A DNA stretch of 64,000 nt. It comes from Felis catus (lineage: Eukaryota). The first letter of the stretch is position 1; each line of letters opens with the position of its first letter. This document shows positions 1 to 11,859 of the stretch, piece by piece. The translations under genes were made by a program, and so were the position numbers. The notes below the pieces were generated by a model. The model did no database searches. It was not told where the DNA came from and worked only from the letters and a program-made list of their open reading frames with translations. The stretch covers positions 84,694,001-84,758,000 of the forward strand of contig NC_058368.1 in assembly GCF_018350175.1 (NCBI RefSeq). Reading direction: 5' to 3'.

Positions 1-430
1 TCAAAACCATTGGCTGGGAAAACTGGAGGGACTGATTTTCACCAGTTTTGGAAACCAGTGTGGCTCAGACTGGATTTTTAAAGGTTAGTGTGTTTGCCTG
101 GGATAGACCTCTGAGGACTCTGTCCTACTCCTGGTGAAAAGACAGGCAAGCATCCTAAGGGCACAGGTATTATTTGAGGAACACCTAAGGCTCACAGGGA
201 AGACATTGTTCACTCTTGGAGCATATCTGTGAGAAGTGGCATTTGCATAGATGTCTCTCCAGGGACAAAAGAATACTCAGCAGATATTTCCCTACCATGC
301 TGCTCAGCATAGATGCAGAACCACCTACTGAGAGGAGCTCAGTGCAGCACTTGCTGTCTACTCTGTTTGCTGCAAGTCACATGCCCCTGAGCTCTGGCCT
401 GTCTGCGATTATTGATAAAACTTGCATCAC
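1..430 (+). mobile_element. Probable old LINE-1 5' UTR fragment, cut by the window edge
   Basis: General resemblance to carnivore L1 5' UTR sequence; no diagnostic coding motif. Confidence 0.35.
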
Positions 431-1200
431 ATAAATGCCCTCCTTAATACCTACCACCTATGTTACCCAATCCCTACTTCCCTTCCAATAAACATCAGTT
501 TGTCATCTATAGTTAAGAGTTTGTTTTTTCCTTTGTCTCTCTTTCCCCAATCCCCATGTTCTTTTCTTTATTAAATTCCACATATGATTGAAAGCATGCA
601 ATATTTGTCTTACTCTGACTCATTTCATTTAGCATCGTAGTCTCTAGCTCCATCCATGTCATTGCAAATGAAAAAAAATTGCATTCTTTTCTTATTCTCA
701 GTAATATTCCATTGTATATATGAGCAACTTCTTTATCATTTCAACAGTTGATGGACACTTGGGCTCTCCATAATTTAGCTACATATTTTTTGTTGTTGTT
801 GGTATTGATGCTATAAACATCAGGGTGCATGTATCCCTTCAAATTAGTATTTTTATACTCTTTGGGTAGTTTCTAGTGAAATTGCTGGGTCATTCCATTT
901 TTAATTTTTGAGTAAACTATATACTATTTTCCAGAGTGACTGCACCAGTTTGCACTGCCGTCAACAATGTAATTGAGATCCTTGCCAAAGTCCTTATGAT
1001 ATAGATTTTAGCCATTTTGAAAGGTATGAGGTCATACCTCATTGTAGTTTTAATTTGTATTTCCTTGATTATAAGTGATGTTGAGCATCTTTCATGTGTC
1101 TGTTGGAAATTTGGATGTCTTCTTTGGAAAATTGTCTATTCGTGTCTTCTGCCCATGTTCTAATTGGATTGTTCAGTTTTCAGGTGCTGAGTTTTTGTTT

Positions 1201-1392
1201 TAGTTTGTTTTTAGTTTATTTATTTTGAGATAGTCAGAGACAATGCAAGCAGGGGAGTTGCAGGGACAGATGAAGAGACAGAAAATACCAAACAGAGCCA
1301 GATGCAGGATTTGAATTCACAAAACTCTGAGATCATGACCTGACCCAAAACCAAGAGTCATGTTCAACTAACTAAGCTGCCCAGGTGCCCCT
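1201..1392 (-). mobile_element. Can-SINE, diverged
   Basis: T-rich tail, GA-rich tract, gagatcatgacctga motif and ccaggtgcccc head in reverse orientation. Confidence 0.85.
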
Positions 1393-1671
1393 CAGGGATT
1401 GAGTTTAATAAATTTTTTAAAAAATATATTTTGGATAAGAACCAATTATCAGACATATCATTTGCAAATATCTTCTCCATCCTGAAGGTTGCCATTTACA
1501 TATGCTTATTGTTTCCTTCCCTGTGCAGAAGATTTTATCTTGATGAGGTCCCAATAGATTATCATTGTTTTTGTTTCTCTTGCCTCTGGAGACTTGTCTA
1601 GTATGAAGTTGCTACAGCCAATGTTAAAGACGTTACTGCCTGTGTTCCCTTCAAGGATATTAATGGTTTCC

Positions 1672-2490
1672 TGTCATAGACTCTAAGTCTAAAGTTCTCT
1701 TTTGGCCAGCAAAAAAGTGGGACACAGGATGAGAAGCAAGAGATGGCTATGTCTGGGAAAAGACAAGAGCCCTGAGTAAGGGTCCTTGCCCCATATTTAC
1801 TAATATCAGAAGGCTTACAAACATGATGGGCGCACACAAAGAGACAAAGAAAATGGGCACATTAACTTGGGGATGTGAGAGAAAAGCGGGATTTTGAAGA
1901 TATACGGTGTTTAGAGTATGGGTCAATATAAAACAAAATCCTGGTGCTAGGCAGATGGGCCAATGGTTGTTAATGTCAGACAGGAGGTGCCATGTCTGTT
2001 TATCTTAGGTATCCTAGGGGATAAGGCAGTAGGGGTAATAACCTCAGGGTTAACAAGGCACCTTTTCTTTTGTTAACCAGTTCCACTCTGGGATGCTTCA
2101 CCTGCAGTGCAACGGTCTGTAGCTCAATTTACCTGTTTACCTAACTTGGTCCTTTCCTCCTGTGACAGCAGCTTTTTGCTATAGCACTAAATTGGGGGAT
2201 GCTTCCACCCAGAACGTCTAATCTTGCTTACCTCATATACCTTTGTATTGGGTGCCTTTCCGCCCCTCTGGGGCCTTTGCCCCCTCTCTATTCTGGGGGC
2301 TCTGCACTCCCTCTCTATTTTGGGGTGCCTTTGCACCTCCTTATTCTTGGTGCCTTTGCACTTCCCTATTCTGTGGTACCAGTCTTGTTTACCCAAACTC
2401 GGGTATAAGCATCCTATGACTATGTATTTCTTTATGCCTTGTGAACCCATGGGTGTAAACTCAGGGAATTTCTAAGCTTATTCCCCCACA
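1672..2490 (-). mobile_element. Solo LTR (819 bp) inserted in L1 ORF2
   Basis: TG...CA termini with an exact 6-bp target-site duplication gtttcc (1666-1671 and 2491-2496); related copies at 8536 and ~10165. Confidence 0.85.
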
Positions 2491-4339
2491 GTTTCCTATC
2501 CCACATTTAGGTCTATCATCCATTTTGAATTGAACAGATAAAATATGGTGTATTAATAAAATAGAAAATACTAGGTAATAAAAAAAAATAATGTAGAACA
2601 GAACCAGCAGGCTCCCATCAATCTCCATCTCTAAGCTTACCAAAATCCTGGGGCCACGACATCCTGTTGCCCTGACCAAGTAGAGGAAGGTTTTGTGCCC
2701 AGAGACCCAGTCATAATACTTTTTGCAGAAAGTACAATTCAAGTCACTAGGATCTGTGAAGCTTCAAATGTGGCTGCAAAACCTGGTCTCTTTGGTAATG
2801 AGAAAGGTAGGGAGTCCATTGGCACCATCCTCACTCTTTCCTCAGAAAAAGAATAGAGGAATTTAGGAATCCCCTCTCATCAATGCAAGTTTTACCTCTG
2901 TACACAGGATACATCAGGGATGTCAGGAGTGCCCTGAATAGTACATGGAATGTTCTAAAAACTAGTAGGAGACATGAGATGTAACTCTGAAACATTATGA
3001 TTGAGAAGATTTATCCTATCTTCCTTGCCTTTGTTAAAATTAAATTTAATGAGGGAAACTGTAGATTAGTGCTTGAATGTAAGAAGCTGAAAGTATCTCT
3101 AAGAAAGGCCATCTCTCTTTCAGTTTCAAAGAAGTAGAAGGCTTACAATTCAGAACCAAGGCTTGAAAGGAATTATTATAAAAAGTCTACTTTATATGAA
3201 ACTCTGAGTTCCAATCTTCATACACAATACTGCCATATAACTACTGTAAATTTCAGCTCTGATTCACCCACTTTCCTGCTCAAACGTTTCTTCCAAACTC
3301 TTCATCTTCTACAAAAGCAACATGTAGGAGATATACGGCAAGGGACACACACATTCTGGTTCCCACCTGGACTCTCCTTTCTTGTGAAAACTCCTCAGAC
3401 TTCCTGTATGTGTCCCTTACCCTCTGCCCTTCCTCATCTTGCTCCTCTTCTGGGATCCTTCTGTTTCCCCATAACCATACCCACCTATTTTTCGGTCCAT
3501 TACCATTGGCAACTATCTAACCCCCTACGCCTGACTCCTCATCTCACTTTCTTTACCTTACCATGTCTCCTTTCCCTGAACACACTTCTATGTTGGTTGC
3601 TATAAAACAGAGCTGTTAAAAGCATCCAACTAAAATGTGTTTCCTACAGGGCAGGTTGACTTATTGCTTACACGACAGGTAATTTTAATTGTCCTAAGCA
3701 TATTGTCTTGCACTTAATCCAGGCTCTATAATGCTCTATTAATAAAAGTATGAATATCCAGAATGTCCTGGTCTGACTTCCCTACAGTTTGACTACTTTA
3801 CCAAGCACTAAGCCAGGGTTCTGCATTACCAAAGCTGAAAATACTTATGGTTGACAGTGAGGCTGGTTTTTCATACACATGGGGTAACCAACTCATCAAA
3901 GAATCACTCGCACTGGCAGGGATCCCTGTTCCAACTAGTAATAAATGGTTCTGTGCCAACTTCTTGAAATAATTGATTAATCATTCCAGACTATTTTCAG
4001 AAATAGAGTGAGTAGAAAGCCCTTTTATCGTTATTTGGTCCTGGGTTTTATTAAGAAGGTGAAATGTTGTGACAAATGTTTAGACTAATTTTACCTAGAA
4101 ATCAAACAAATAAATAAAAGTACAGGTAACTAAGAGAATGGGGGAATACAAAATAAATTATAGGTAATATCCAGAAATTATTACCAGTCAATGATAACTC
4201 TGTTATGACACATAATGTCCTACTGGCTTGGCCCTACTACTTCAGAAACACACTTTTCCCCACCCACGTGCTGTCTGGGTTCTAATTTCTGAAACATGCA
4301 TGACTTTGGAAGTCCTCATTATTTTTATATTTGTGTATA

Positions 4340-6385
4340 TAGGGAATGATGTCCAAGAGGTTGATGTAAGAAGAACTTGCACTAACCACCTCCACAGACA
4401 CACCAAATATAAACCTATTTATAGAACAATTATCCCTGAAGAACTGAGTGGTACTGAAGAACTACACAACAAATAGAGACAGCACACAGAGAAGGCACAC
4501 AGAGAAGGGCAAGAGAGATAAAGACTCCAGACATAAGGAAATTCTCACCCCAAAATCATAAGATGCAGTAGGGAGGGATAGTACTGAGGTACCCTGAAGA
4601 GCTTCCTCTGACATGGGACACGGAATAAAACAATAAAAGCTGCATTTTATTTGGTAACTGGAATATAAAGGAACCAGTCCTATATTACTAGTAAATGGTC
4701 ACAGTATAAATGACAGCTAGAATAAAAAGGAACCATCTCAAGAACCCTTCCAACAGCATGGGAGCAGTTAGAACTCTTTCTAATTTGAAAGGTCTGAGTA
4801 ACCTTTAATGAGTTCCACAGTTTACATTCCCATCAACCTTGATAGTGTGAACAGAAGCAGCGTTCAGTTTACCCAGATTCCCTGCTGCCTCACTGAGCTC
4901 CAGGCCCCTATCCCACACCAGTCCTAATCATTCCACCGAGGTTACCCCAACACAGTGCACACCAAAATACTCCTGATTAGTATTCACCATGTCTCCGGCT
5001 GTTTCACCAAGGTGACACAAGTACAAAACACACCTTATCACTCCTAGCCTATACCACTTTAATTCCCAGTGTCTTCCCAGAGTGCCCTTTGAGCAGAGTG
5101 GCTGAGGTCACCCAGTCCCCACCTGCCTCTGCTTCAGGCAACCCACCAGTGGTACTACTGCACAAGGAGCCCCAGGACCTGTTGGCTTGTATACACTATA
5201 TTTAATTCTGTCCTGCTATGCCCAGCTTTCTGTGGAGAGTCCAGCCTGCCCCTGCCTACTCCTAGTTCATCTCCAGCTAATACAGCAGGGAATCCCCAGC
5301 AGAGAGTTCAGTGGGATGCACAGCCAACATGAACCACATATCAAGTGAGCCAGCCAAAGACAACAATCACACACAGCCTACAAATAGGATGTCCATATAT
5401 AAGACCATTCCTTCAAGTTGAGAGGAAATACCTGTTCTTCCAGAGAGTGAAGCAAAAATAGGAGACATAAAGATGCTCCAAATGAAGGAAAAGACAAAAA
5501 CCCAGGAAAAGAGCTAAATGAAACAGTAATAAGCAATCCACCTGATAAATAGTTCAAAGTAATGGACATAATGGACTGAAGAGAAGAGTGAATGAACTCT
5601 TCAACACTCTTCAATTTGTATCTTCAAAAGAGATACAAATTACATTTTAAAAGAATCAATAATTTTTTAATACTACAATAACTTAAATGAATAATACCCT
5701 AGAGCAAATCAATATTAGATTAGGGGATGCAAAAGAGCAAATCAGAAATCTAGAGACAGCTAATGGAAAACACCCAAGCTGAATAGCCAAAAAAGAAAAA
5801 AAGAGAAAATATTTTTAAATGAGGATAGGTTAAGGAATCTTTTGTTCAACATCAAGTAAATAAAAATTTGCACTATAGGGTCCAAGAAGGAGAACATACA
5901 GAATGAGGCAGAAAACTCACTTGAAAAAAATAATGGCTGGAAACTACCCCAGCCTGGAAGGGAAATACATGTCTAGGTTCAGTAAGGTCAGAGAGTTTCA
6001 AACAAGATGAGCACAAGGAAGTTCACAATATGTCACATAATAAAGTAAATATCAAATATTAACGATAAAAAGTAATTTTGATAGTAGTAAGAGAAAAGCA
6101 ATTAGTTACCTACAAGGGAAACCCCACAAAAATATCAACTGTTTTTCTTTTTCTTTTCTTTTTTTCCAGCATAAGTTTTGCAGGCCAAAGGGAGTGTCAA
6201 GATATATTCAAAATGCTGAAGGGAAAAAAAAAACAAATAAACAAAAAACATAAAACAAAAGATGGCAACCAAAACCAATTTACCTGGCAAGCTTATCATT
6301 CAGAATTGAAAGGGAGATCAAGAGTTTCCAGACAAACAAAAGATAAAGGAGATAATTACAATTAAACTGGACTTACAAGAATTTT
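4340..6385 (+). mobile_element. Old LINE-1 5' UTR plus degenerate ORF1
   Basis: ORF1p-like peptide VREKQLVTYKGNP in ORF 6078..6365; upstream ORF1-type sequence (ccacctgataaatagttcaaagtaatg); many stops. Confidence 0.85.
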
Positions 6386-7949
6386 AACCCTTGTGGGGGA
6401 GACGGTGATTCTGGAAAATTACTCAGTGCCATTAGGAGGTTCAAGGCCAGGGCTGAAATCCCAGCTGACACCTTGGGCATTGACTTTTCCAAAAATATCT
6501 TGGGAGAGCATATCACAAAACAAATACCATTTATTGTTCTTTAACCCAAAATTCTTTCCAGAATTTGCATCCACTGAGGCAGGGATAGTGAGCCTCCCCA
6601 TAGTAAGTGTGGTTCTTCTTTGGGGCTTGTTTCCTTTTTGATTATTTGACCCTTTATTTCATTTAAAATAAAAACACTGAGGCTTGTGTAGAGGTCCCAA
6701 TTTTCTTCCCGTGCAGTGGGTCAATGGCCCTGATGGGTCCTGCTCTTGCACTGCTTCCTGTGGGTGCCAGTGTGCCCTGGGAGACTTATCCTTGGGCAGT
6801 CACCAGTTACCCAAAATTTAGGTTAGGCATGTGTCCCAGACAATGGATTCCAGGCAGCGGTCTCCAGCCAGAATCCAAGATATCCCCAGTGGGGAAGGTG
6901 ACATAAGTTCTTAGGGAAAAAGGCTATGAACAGATCTTGAAGGCTGAGATAGTTTCATCCCCTTTCTCCCATTTTTATGCTTCTCCTTCCATGTGCTTCC
7001 CAAACACTCCTTCCTCCAGTGGCACTGCTGCTAATTAAACTCATGAAATGACTTTAAAATTGACTTCATTTTATTTGTTTACTTTGTTTAAACGTGTTGC
7101 TTCTTTTTTCTTTTTTGAATTTTGTATTAAATTCTGCTTAGTTAACAAATAGTGTAATATTGGTTTCATGGGTAGAATTTAGTGATTCATCATTTACAAA
7201 TAACACCCAGTGTTCAACAAAGCAACTGCTCTCCTTAATACCCATCACGCATTTAACCCATTCACGCATCCACCTCCCCTCCAACAACCTTCAGTTTGCA
7301 TCCTTCTCTTCTCTTTTTTCCCTTACCCTATGTTCATCTGTTTTATTTCTTAAATGCCACATATTAGTGAAATAAAATGACATTTATCTTTCTGTTTGAC
7401 TTATTTTGCTTAGCATAATCCATTCTAGTTCTGTCCACATTGTTGCAAATGGCAAGATTTCATTCTTTTTGATCACCAAGTAATATTCTATTGAAAAGAA
7501 AACCCACCTCTTCTTTCTTTATTTATTCATCAATCAGTGGACATTTGGGCTGTTTCCATATTTTGACTATTGTTGATAATGCTACTGTAAACAACAGGGT
7601 GCACATTTCCCTTGGAATCATTTTTCTATCCTTTGGGTAAATACCTGATAATGCAATTGTTAGTTCACATGGTAGTTCTACTTTTAACTTATGAGGAATC
7701 TTCATACTGTTTTCCAGAATGACTGCACCAACAACAATGCAAGAGGTTTTTCCTTTCTCCACATCCTCATGGACGCATCTTATTTCCTATGTTGTCAAGT
7801 TTAGCCATTTTGACAGGTGTGAGGTGGTAGCTCATTGTGGTCTTGATTTATATATCCCTGATGATGAGTGATGTTCATCATCATTTCATGTGTCTGCTAA
7901 ACATCTGGAATTCTTTGGAAAAATGTTTATTCATGTCTTCTGTGCATTT

Positions 7950-8137
7950 CTTTTTTTAATGTTTATTTATTTTTGAGAGAGAGCATGAGCAGAAGAGGAG
8001 CATAGAGAGAAAGACAGAGGATCCCAAGAAGGCTCTGCAATGATAACAGTTTGATGCAGGGCTTGAGCTCACAAACTGAGAGATCATGACCTGAGCTGAA
8101 GTCAGGCACTTAACTGAATGAGACACCCAGGTGCCCC
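7950..8137 (-). mobile_element. Can-SINE inserted in L1
   Basis: tttatttatttttgagaga tail, gagatcatgacctgagctgaagtc, cccaggtgcccc. Confidence 0.9.
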
Positions 8138-8172
8138 TCTTCTGCCCATTTCTTAATTGGATTATTTGTTTT

Positions 8173-8398
8173 GTTTTTTTTTTTTTATTTTTTTTCAATG
8201 TTTATTTATTTTTGGGACAGAGAGAGACAGAGAATGAACGGGGGAGGGGCAGAGAGAGAGGGAGACACAGAATCAGAAACAGGCTCCAGGCTCTGAGCCA
8301 TCAGCCCAGAGCCTGACGCGGGGCTCGAACTCACGGACCGTGAGATCGTGACCTGGCTGAAGTCGGACGCTTAACCAACTGCGCCACCCAGGCGCCCC
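8173..8398 (-). mobile_element. Young felid SINE (SINEC_Fc type)
   Basis: CpG-rich body; perfect 18-bp TSD aattggattatttgtttt (8155-8172, 8400-8417); nearly the reverse complement of the SINE at 57550. Confidence 0.95.
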
Positions 8399-8535
8399 AA
8401 ATTGGATTATTTGTTTTAGGGAGTGTTGAGTTTGATAATTTTTAAAATAAATTTGGATAGTAACCTTTTATTAGATATGTCATTTGTAAATATTTTCTCC
8501 CATCTCAGAGGCTTTTAGTTTTGCTGATTATTTCC

Positions 8536-8865
8536 TGTCATAGACTCTGGGTCTGGAGTTCTCTCTTGTCCATCAAGAGAGTAAGACACAGGATTAAAAA
8601 TGCAAGAGAGGTTAATGTCCGGGAGAAGACAAGACCCCAAATAAGGGTCTTTGATCTGTTTTTATTAAGATCAGAAGGCTTATAAGCATGATAGACATGC
8701 ACAAAGAGACAATGAAACTGTGAACATTAACTTATGGATGTGGGGGAAAGGGGATTTTGAAGATATGCAGTGATAGGGGTTTGGTTCAATAGAAAACAAA
8801 ATCCTGGCGCCAGGCAGATGGTTGTTTACAGAAGACATGAGTCCCTACCTCTGTTTACCTGTCTC
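8536..8865 (-). mobile_element. Truncated LTR, same family as 1672-2490
   Basis: Starts tgtcatagactct and aligns with 1672-2000 (atcagaaggctta, aaacaaaatcctgg); L1 resumes at ~8866. Confidence 0.8.
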
Positions 8866-9314
8866 TTTCACTATGCAGAAATTTTTTATCTAGCCCCACT
8901 AGTTTTTCTTTTATTTCCCTTGCCTCCTGAGACATGTCTTTTGAAAAGTTGCTATTGATAAGGTCAAAGAGGTTACTGTCTGTGTTCTCCTCTAGGGTTT
9001 TGATGCTTTCCTTTCTCACATTTAGTTATTTCATCTATTTTGAATTTATTTTTGTTTATGGTGTAAGAATACAGTCCTGTATCATTCTTCAGCATGTTGC
9101 TGTCCAGTTTTCTCAACACATTTTTTTTTTTTTTGATGAGACTGTCTATCTTTCCATTGGATATTCTTTCCTGCTTTGTTGATGATGAGTTGACCATAGA
9201 GTTGTGAGTCAACTTCTGGGTTTTCTGGTCTGTTTTTCTGCCAGTACCATGCTGTCTTGATGATTACAGCTTTGTAACACAGGTTGAAGTCTGGTATTGT
9301 GATGGCTATAGCAT

Positions 9315-9545
9315 CTTTTTTCTTTTCTTTTCTTTTCTTTTCTTTTTAAATAATGTTTATTTGTCTTGAGAGAGAGGGACAGCATGAGTGGGGGGAGAGC
9401 ATAGAGAGGGAGAGAGAGAATCCCCACAGGCTTCAAGTCACCAGCATAGAGGCGGATGTGGGGCTCAAACTCATAAAATCATGAAATCATGACCTGAGCT
9501 GAGACAGAGTCAGACGTTTAACTGATGGAGACACGTAGGCTCTCC
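9315..9545 (-). mobile_element. Can-SINE inserted in L1
   Basis: (TTTTC)n tail, GA tract, gggctcaaactca, atcatgacctgagctga. Confidence 0.88.
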
Positions 9546-10164
9546 AAATTGTTTTCCTTTTCAAGATTTATTTGGCTACTCATGGGCTCTTGTTCCCCAC
9601 AAATTACAATTCTTTTCAACACTGCTTTGGCTATTCTTGGTGTTTTGTTGTTACATACAAATTTTAGGATCTTTGTTCTAGCTCTTTGAAATACGCTGGT
9701 GATATTTTGATAGAGTCTGCAGTAAATGTGTAGAATGCTTTTGGTAGGATAATCGTTTTAACGACATTTGTTCTTCCAACCCATTAGCCTGGAATATTTT
9801 TAAATTTCTTTCTGTCACCTGCAGTTTCCTAAGTATTCTGTAATTTTCAGAATGCAGATATTTTACCTTTTTGGTTAGGTTTATTCCTACATATCTTATG
9901 GTTTTTGGTGCAAGTGTAAAAGAGATTCCTTTATTTCTGCGTCTTCATTGTTGGTGTGTAGAAATGGAAAATATTTTTATATATTGGCTTTATATCTTCA
10001 GACTTTGCTGAAATCATGTATCAGTTCTAGTGATTTTTTTGTTGTTGTGGTGGTGGTGGTGGTGGTAGTGTACTGAGTTTTTAACACAGAATATCATGTT
10101 GTGTGGGAATAGTGAAATTTTGACTTATTCCTTGCTGATTTGAATGTCTTTTATTTGTGTGTGT

Positions 10165-10620
10165 GTGTGGGGGGGGATAGACTCCACTTCTATAAGTGGG
10201 TTAGGAAAAAGCTTAGGGTGAAAAGATGCCACCACAGGGTGAAAGCACCCAGGATTAGCCAGCGAGATATTATAATGGAATCACGAGTAAATTGTTATAT
10301 CACGTGCAGGAAAATACTTTCCATCTGGTGCCATTGAACCTTGATCACAAACTACACTTGCCCCCCCAACCCCAAACACCTTGCTTCTTACTCACACAAG
10401 TTAGTGATTACTGTCGGATTGTTTCTTCATGTTCACCACGTGTGTAACCTCTTATTTTCTTCATATTCACCACTTGTGTAAGATCTTGAGTGCTCCATAA
10501 ATACAGGGACAAAAGCCCCGTTAAGGGTTCTTGTCTCTTCCCAGACATTTGCCTCCCTCATATTCAGTTCTGTGTCCATTCTCTTGCTGACAAGAGAGAA
10601 ATCCAGAATCATAGTCTGCA
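10165..10620 (+). mobile_element. Solo-LTR-like insertion in L1 ORF2, related family, opposite orientation
   Basis: Begins tgtggggggga; 3' part (cttgtctcttcccagacatt...gagagaaatccaga...agtct) matches the reverse complement of 1672-1775; L1 continues on both sides. Confidence 0.7.
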
Positions 10621-11544
10621 AAATATTTGTTTTGTGATTGGTGAGCTAGGACTTCCAGCACTATGTTAAATAGTAATGGTTAGAGTGGACATCCCTGCCT
10701 TGTTCCTGACTGTAGAGTAAAGGCTCTGTTTTTTTCCCTTTGAAAATGATATTAACAGTGGATCTTTCATATGTAACTTTTCATCTATACTTACTTTGTT
10801 GTTGTTGTTGTTGTTGTTTTTTAATCAAGAATGGATGCTGTATATTGTCAAATGCTTTTTCTGCATTTATTGACAGGATCATATTGTACTTGTTCTTTCT
10901 TCTATTAATGTGGTGTATCAGTTTGATTGGTATGAGAGTAGTGAACCAGCCTGGAAGCCCTATAATAAATCCCACTTGGTCATGGTGAATAATTCTTTTA
11001 ATGTACTGTTGGACTCAGGTGGAATTCTTGCATCATCATTGGAATTTTTGCATATGCATCAGGGATATTTGCCTGTAATTCTCCTTTTTAGTGGGGGTCT
11101 TTGTCTGGGTTTAGAATCAAGGTAATGCTGACCATATAGAATGAGTTTGAAAGTTTTCCTTCCATTTCAATTTTTGTGAACTATCGGTTCACAAATCTCT
11201 TTAAATTTTTGGTAGAATTCCCCTGGGAACCCATCTGGCACTGTAGTTTTGTTTCTTGGGAGATGTTTGATTGCTGATTCACTTTGATTGCTTGTTATCT
11301 GTCTGTTCAAATCTATCTGTTCCTGTTTTAATTTTGGCAGTATGTATGTTTTCAGAAATTTGTCCATTTCTTCTAGATGGACTAATTTGTTGACATAATT
11401 TTTCATAATATTCTCTTATACTTGTTTGTGTGTCTGTGATGTTGGCTGTGATCTCCCCTGCTTCCAAAGAAGATGTGATTTTATTTCTTTGGTTCATTTC
11501 TCTTCTCTTTCTAATAAGTCTGGGAGAGGGTTAATAAATTTTTT

Positions 11545-11792
11545 GTTATTTTTTTAATATTTATTTATTTATTTATTTATTAATTATTTTTTTAACGTTT
11601 TATTTATTTTAGAGACAGAGACAGAGCATGAACGGGGGAGGGGCAGAGAGAGGGGGAGACACAGAATCTGAAGCAGACTCCAGGTTCTGAGCTGTCACTA
11701 CAGAGCCTAATGAGGGTCATGAACTCACAAACTCTGAGATCATGACCTGAGCCGAATTCAGATACTTAACTAACTGAGCCGCCCAGGTCCCC
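11545..11792 (-). mobile_element. Can-SINE, followed by a (TA)n microsatellite at ~11807-11860
   Basis: gagcatgaacgggggaggggcagagagag, gagatcatgacctgagccgaa. Confidence 0.92.
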
Positions 11793-11801
11793 CATTTAAA
11801 A

Positions 11802-11859
<58 letters not shown>

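Larger units (their letters stand above)
431..2530 (-). mobile_element. Degenerate LINE-1 3' portion (3' UTR plus ORF2 C-terminus), interrupted by a SINE and an LTR
   Basis: Colinear with the 3' parts of the L1s at 20.7-21.9 kb and 48.9-50.0 kb (e.g. ccagagtgactgcaccagtttgca, catttgcaaatatcttctcc). L1 sequence resumes at 2491 (cacatttaggtctatcatccattttga). Confidence 0.9.

Noticed and set aside
10740..10988. Poly-Cys / poly-Gln ORFs
   Set aside because: Translation of a (GTT)n microsatellite inside L1 ORF2.
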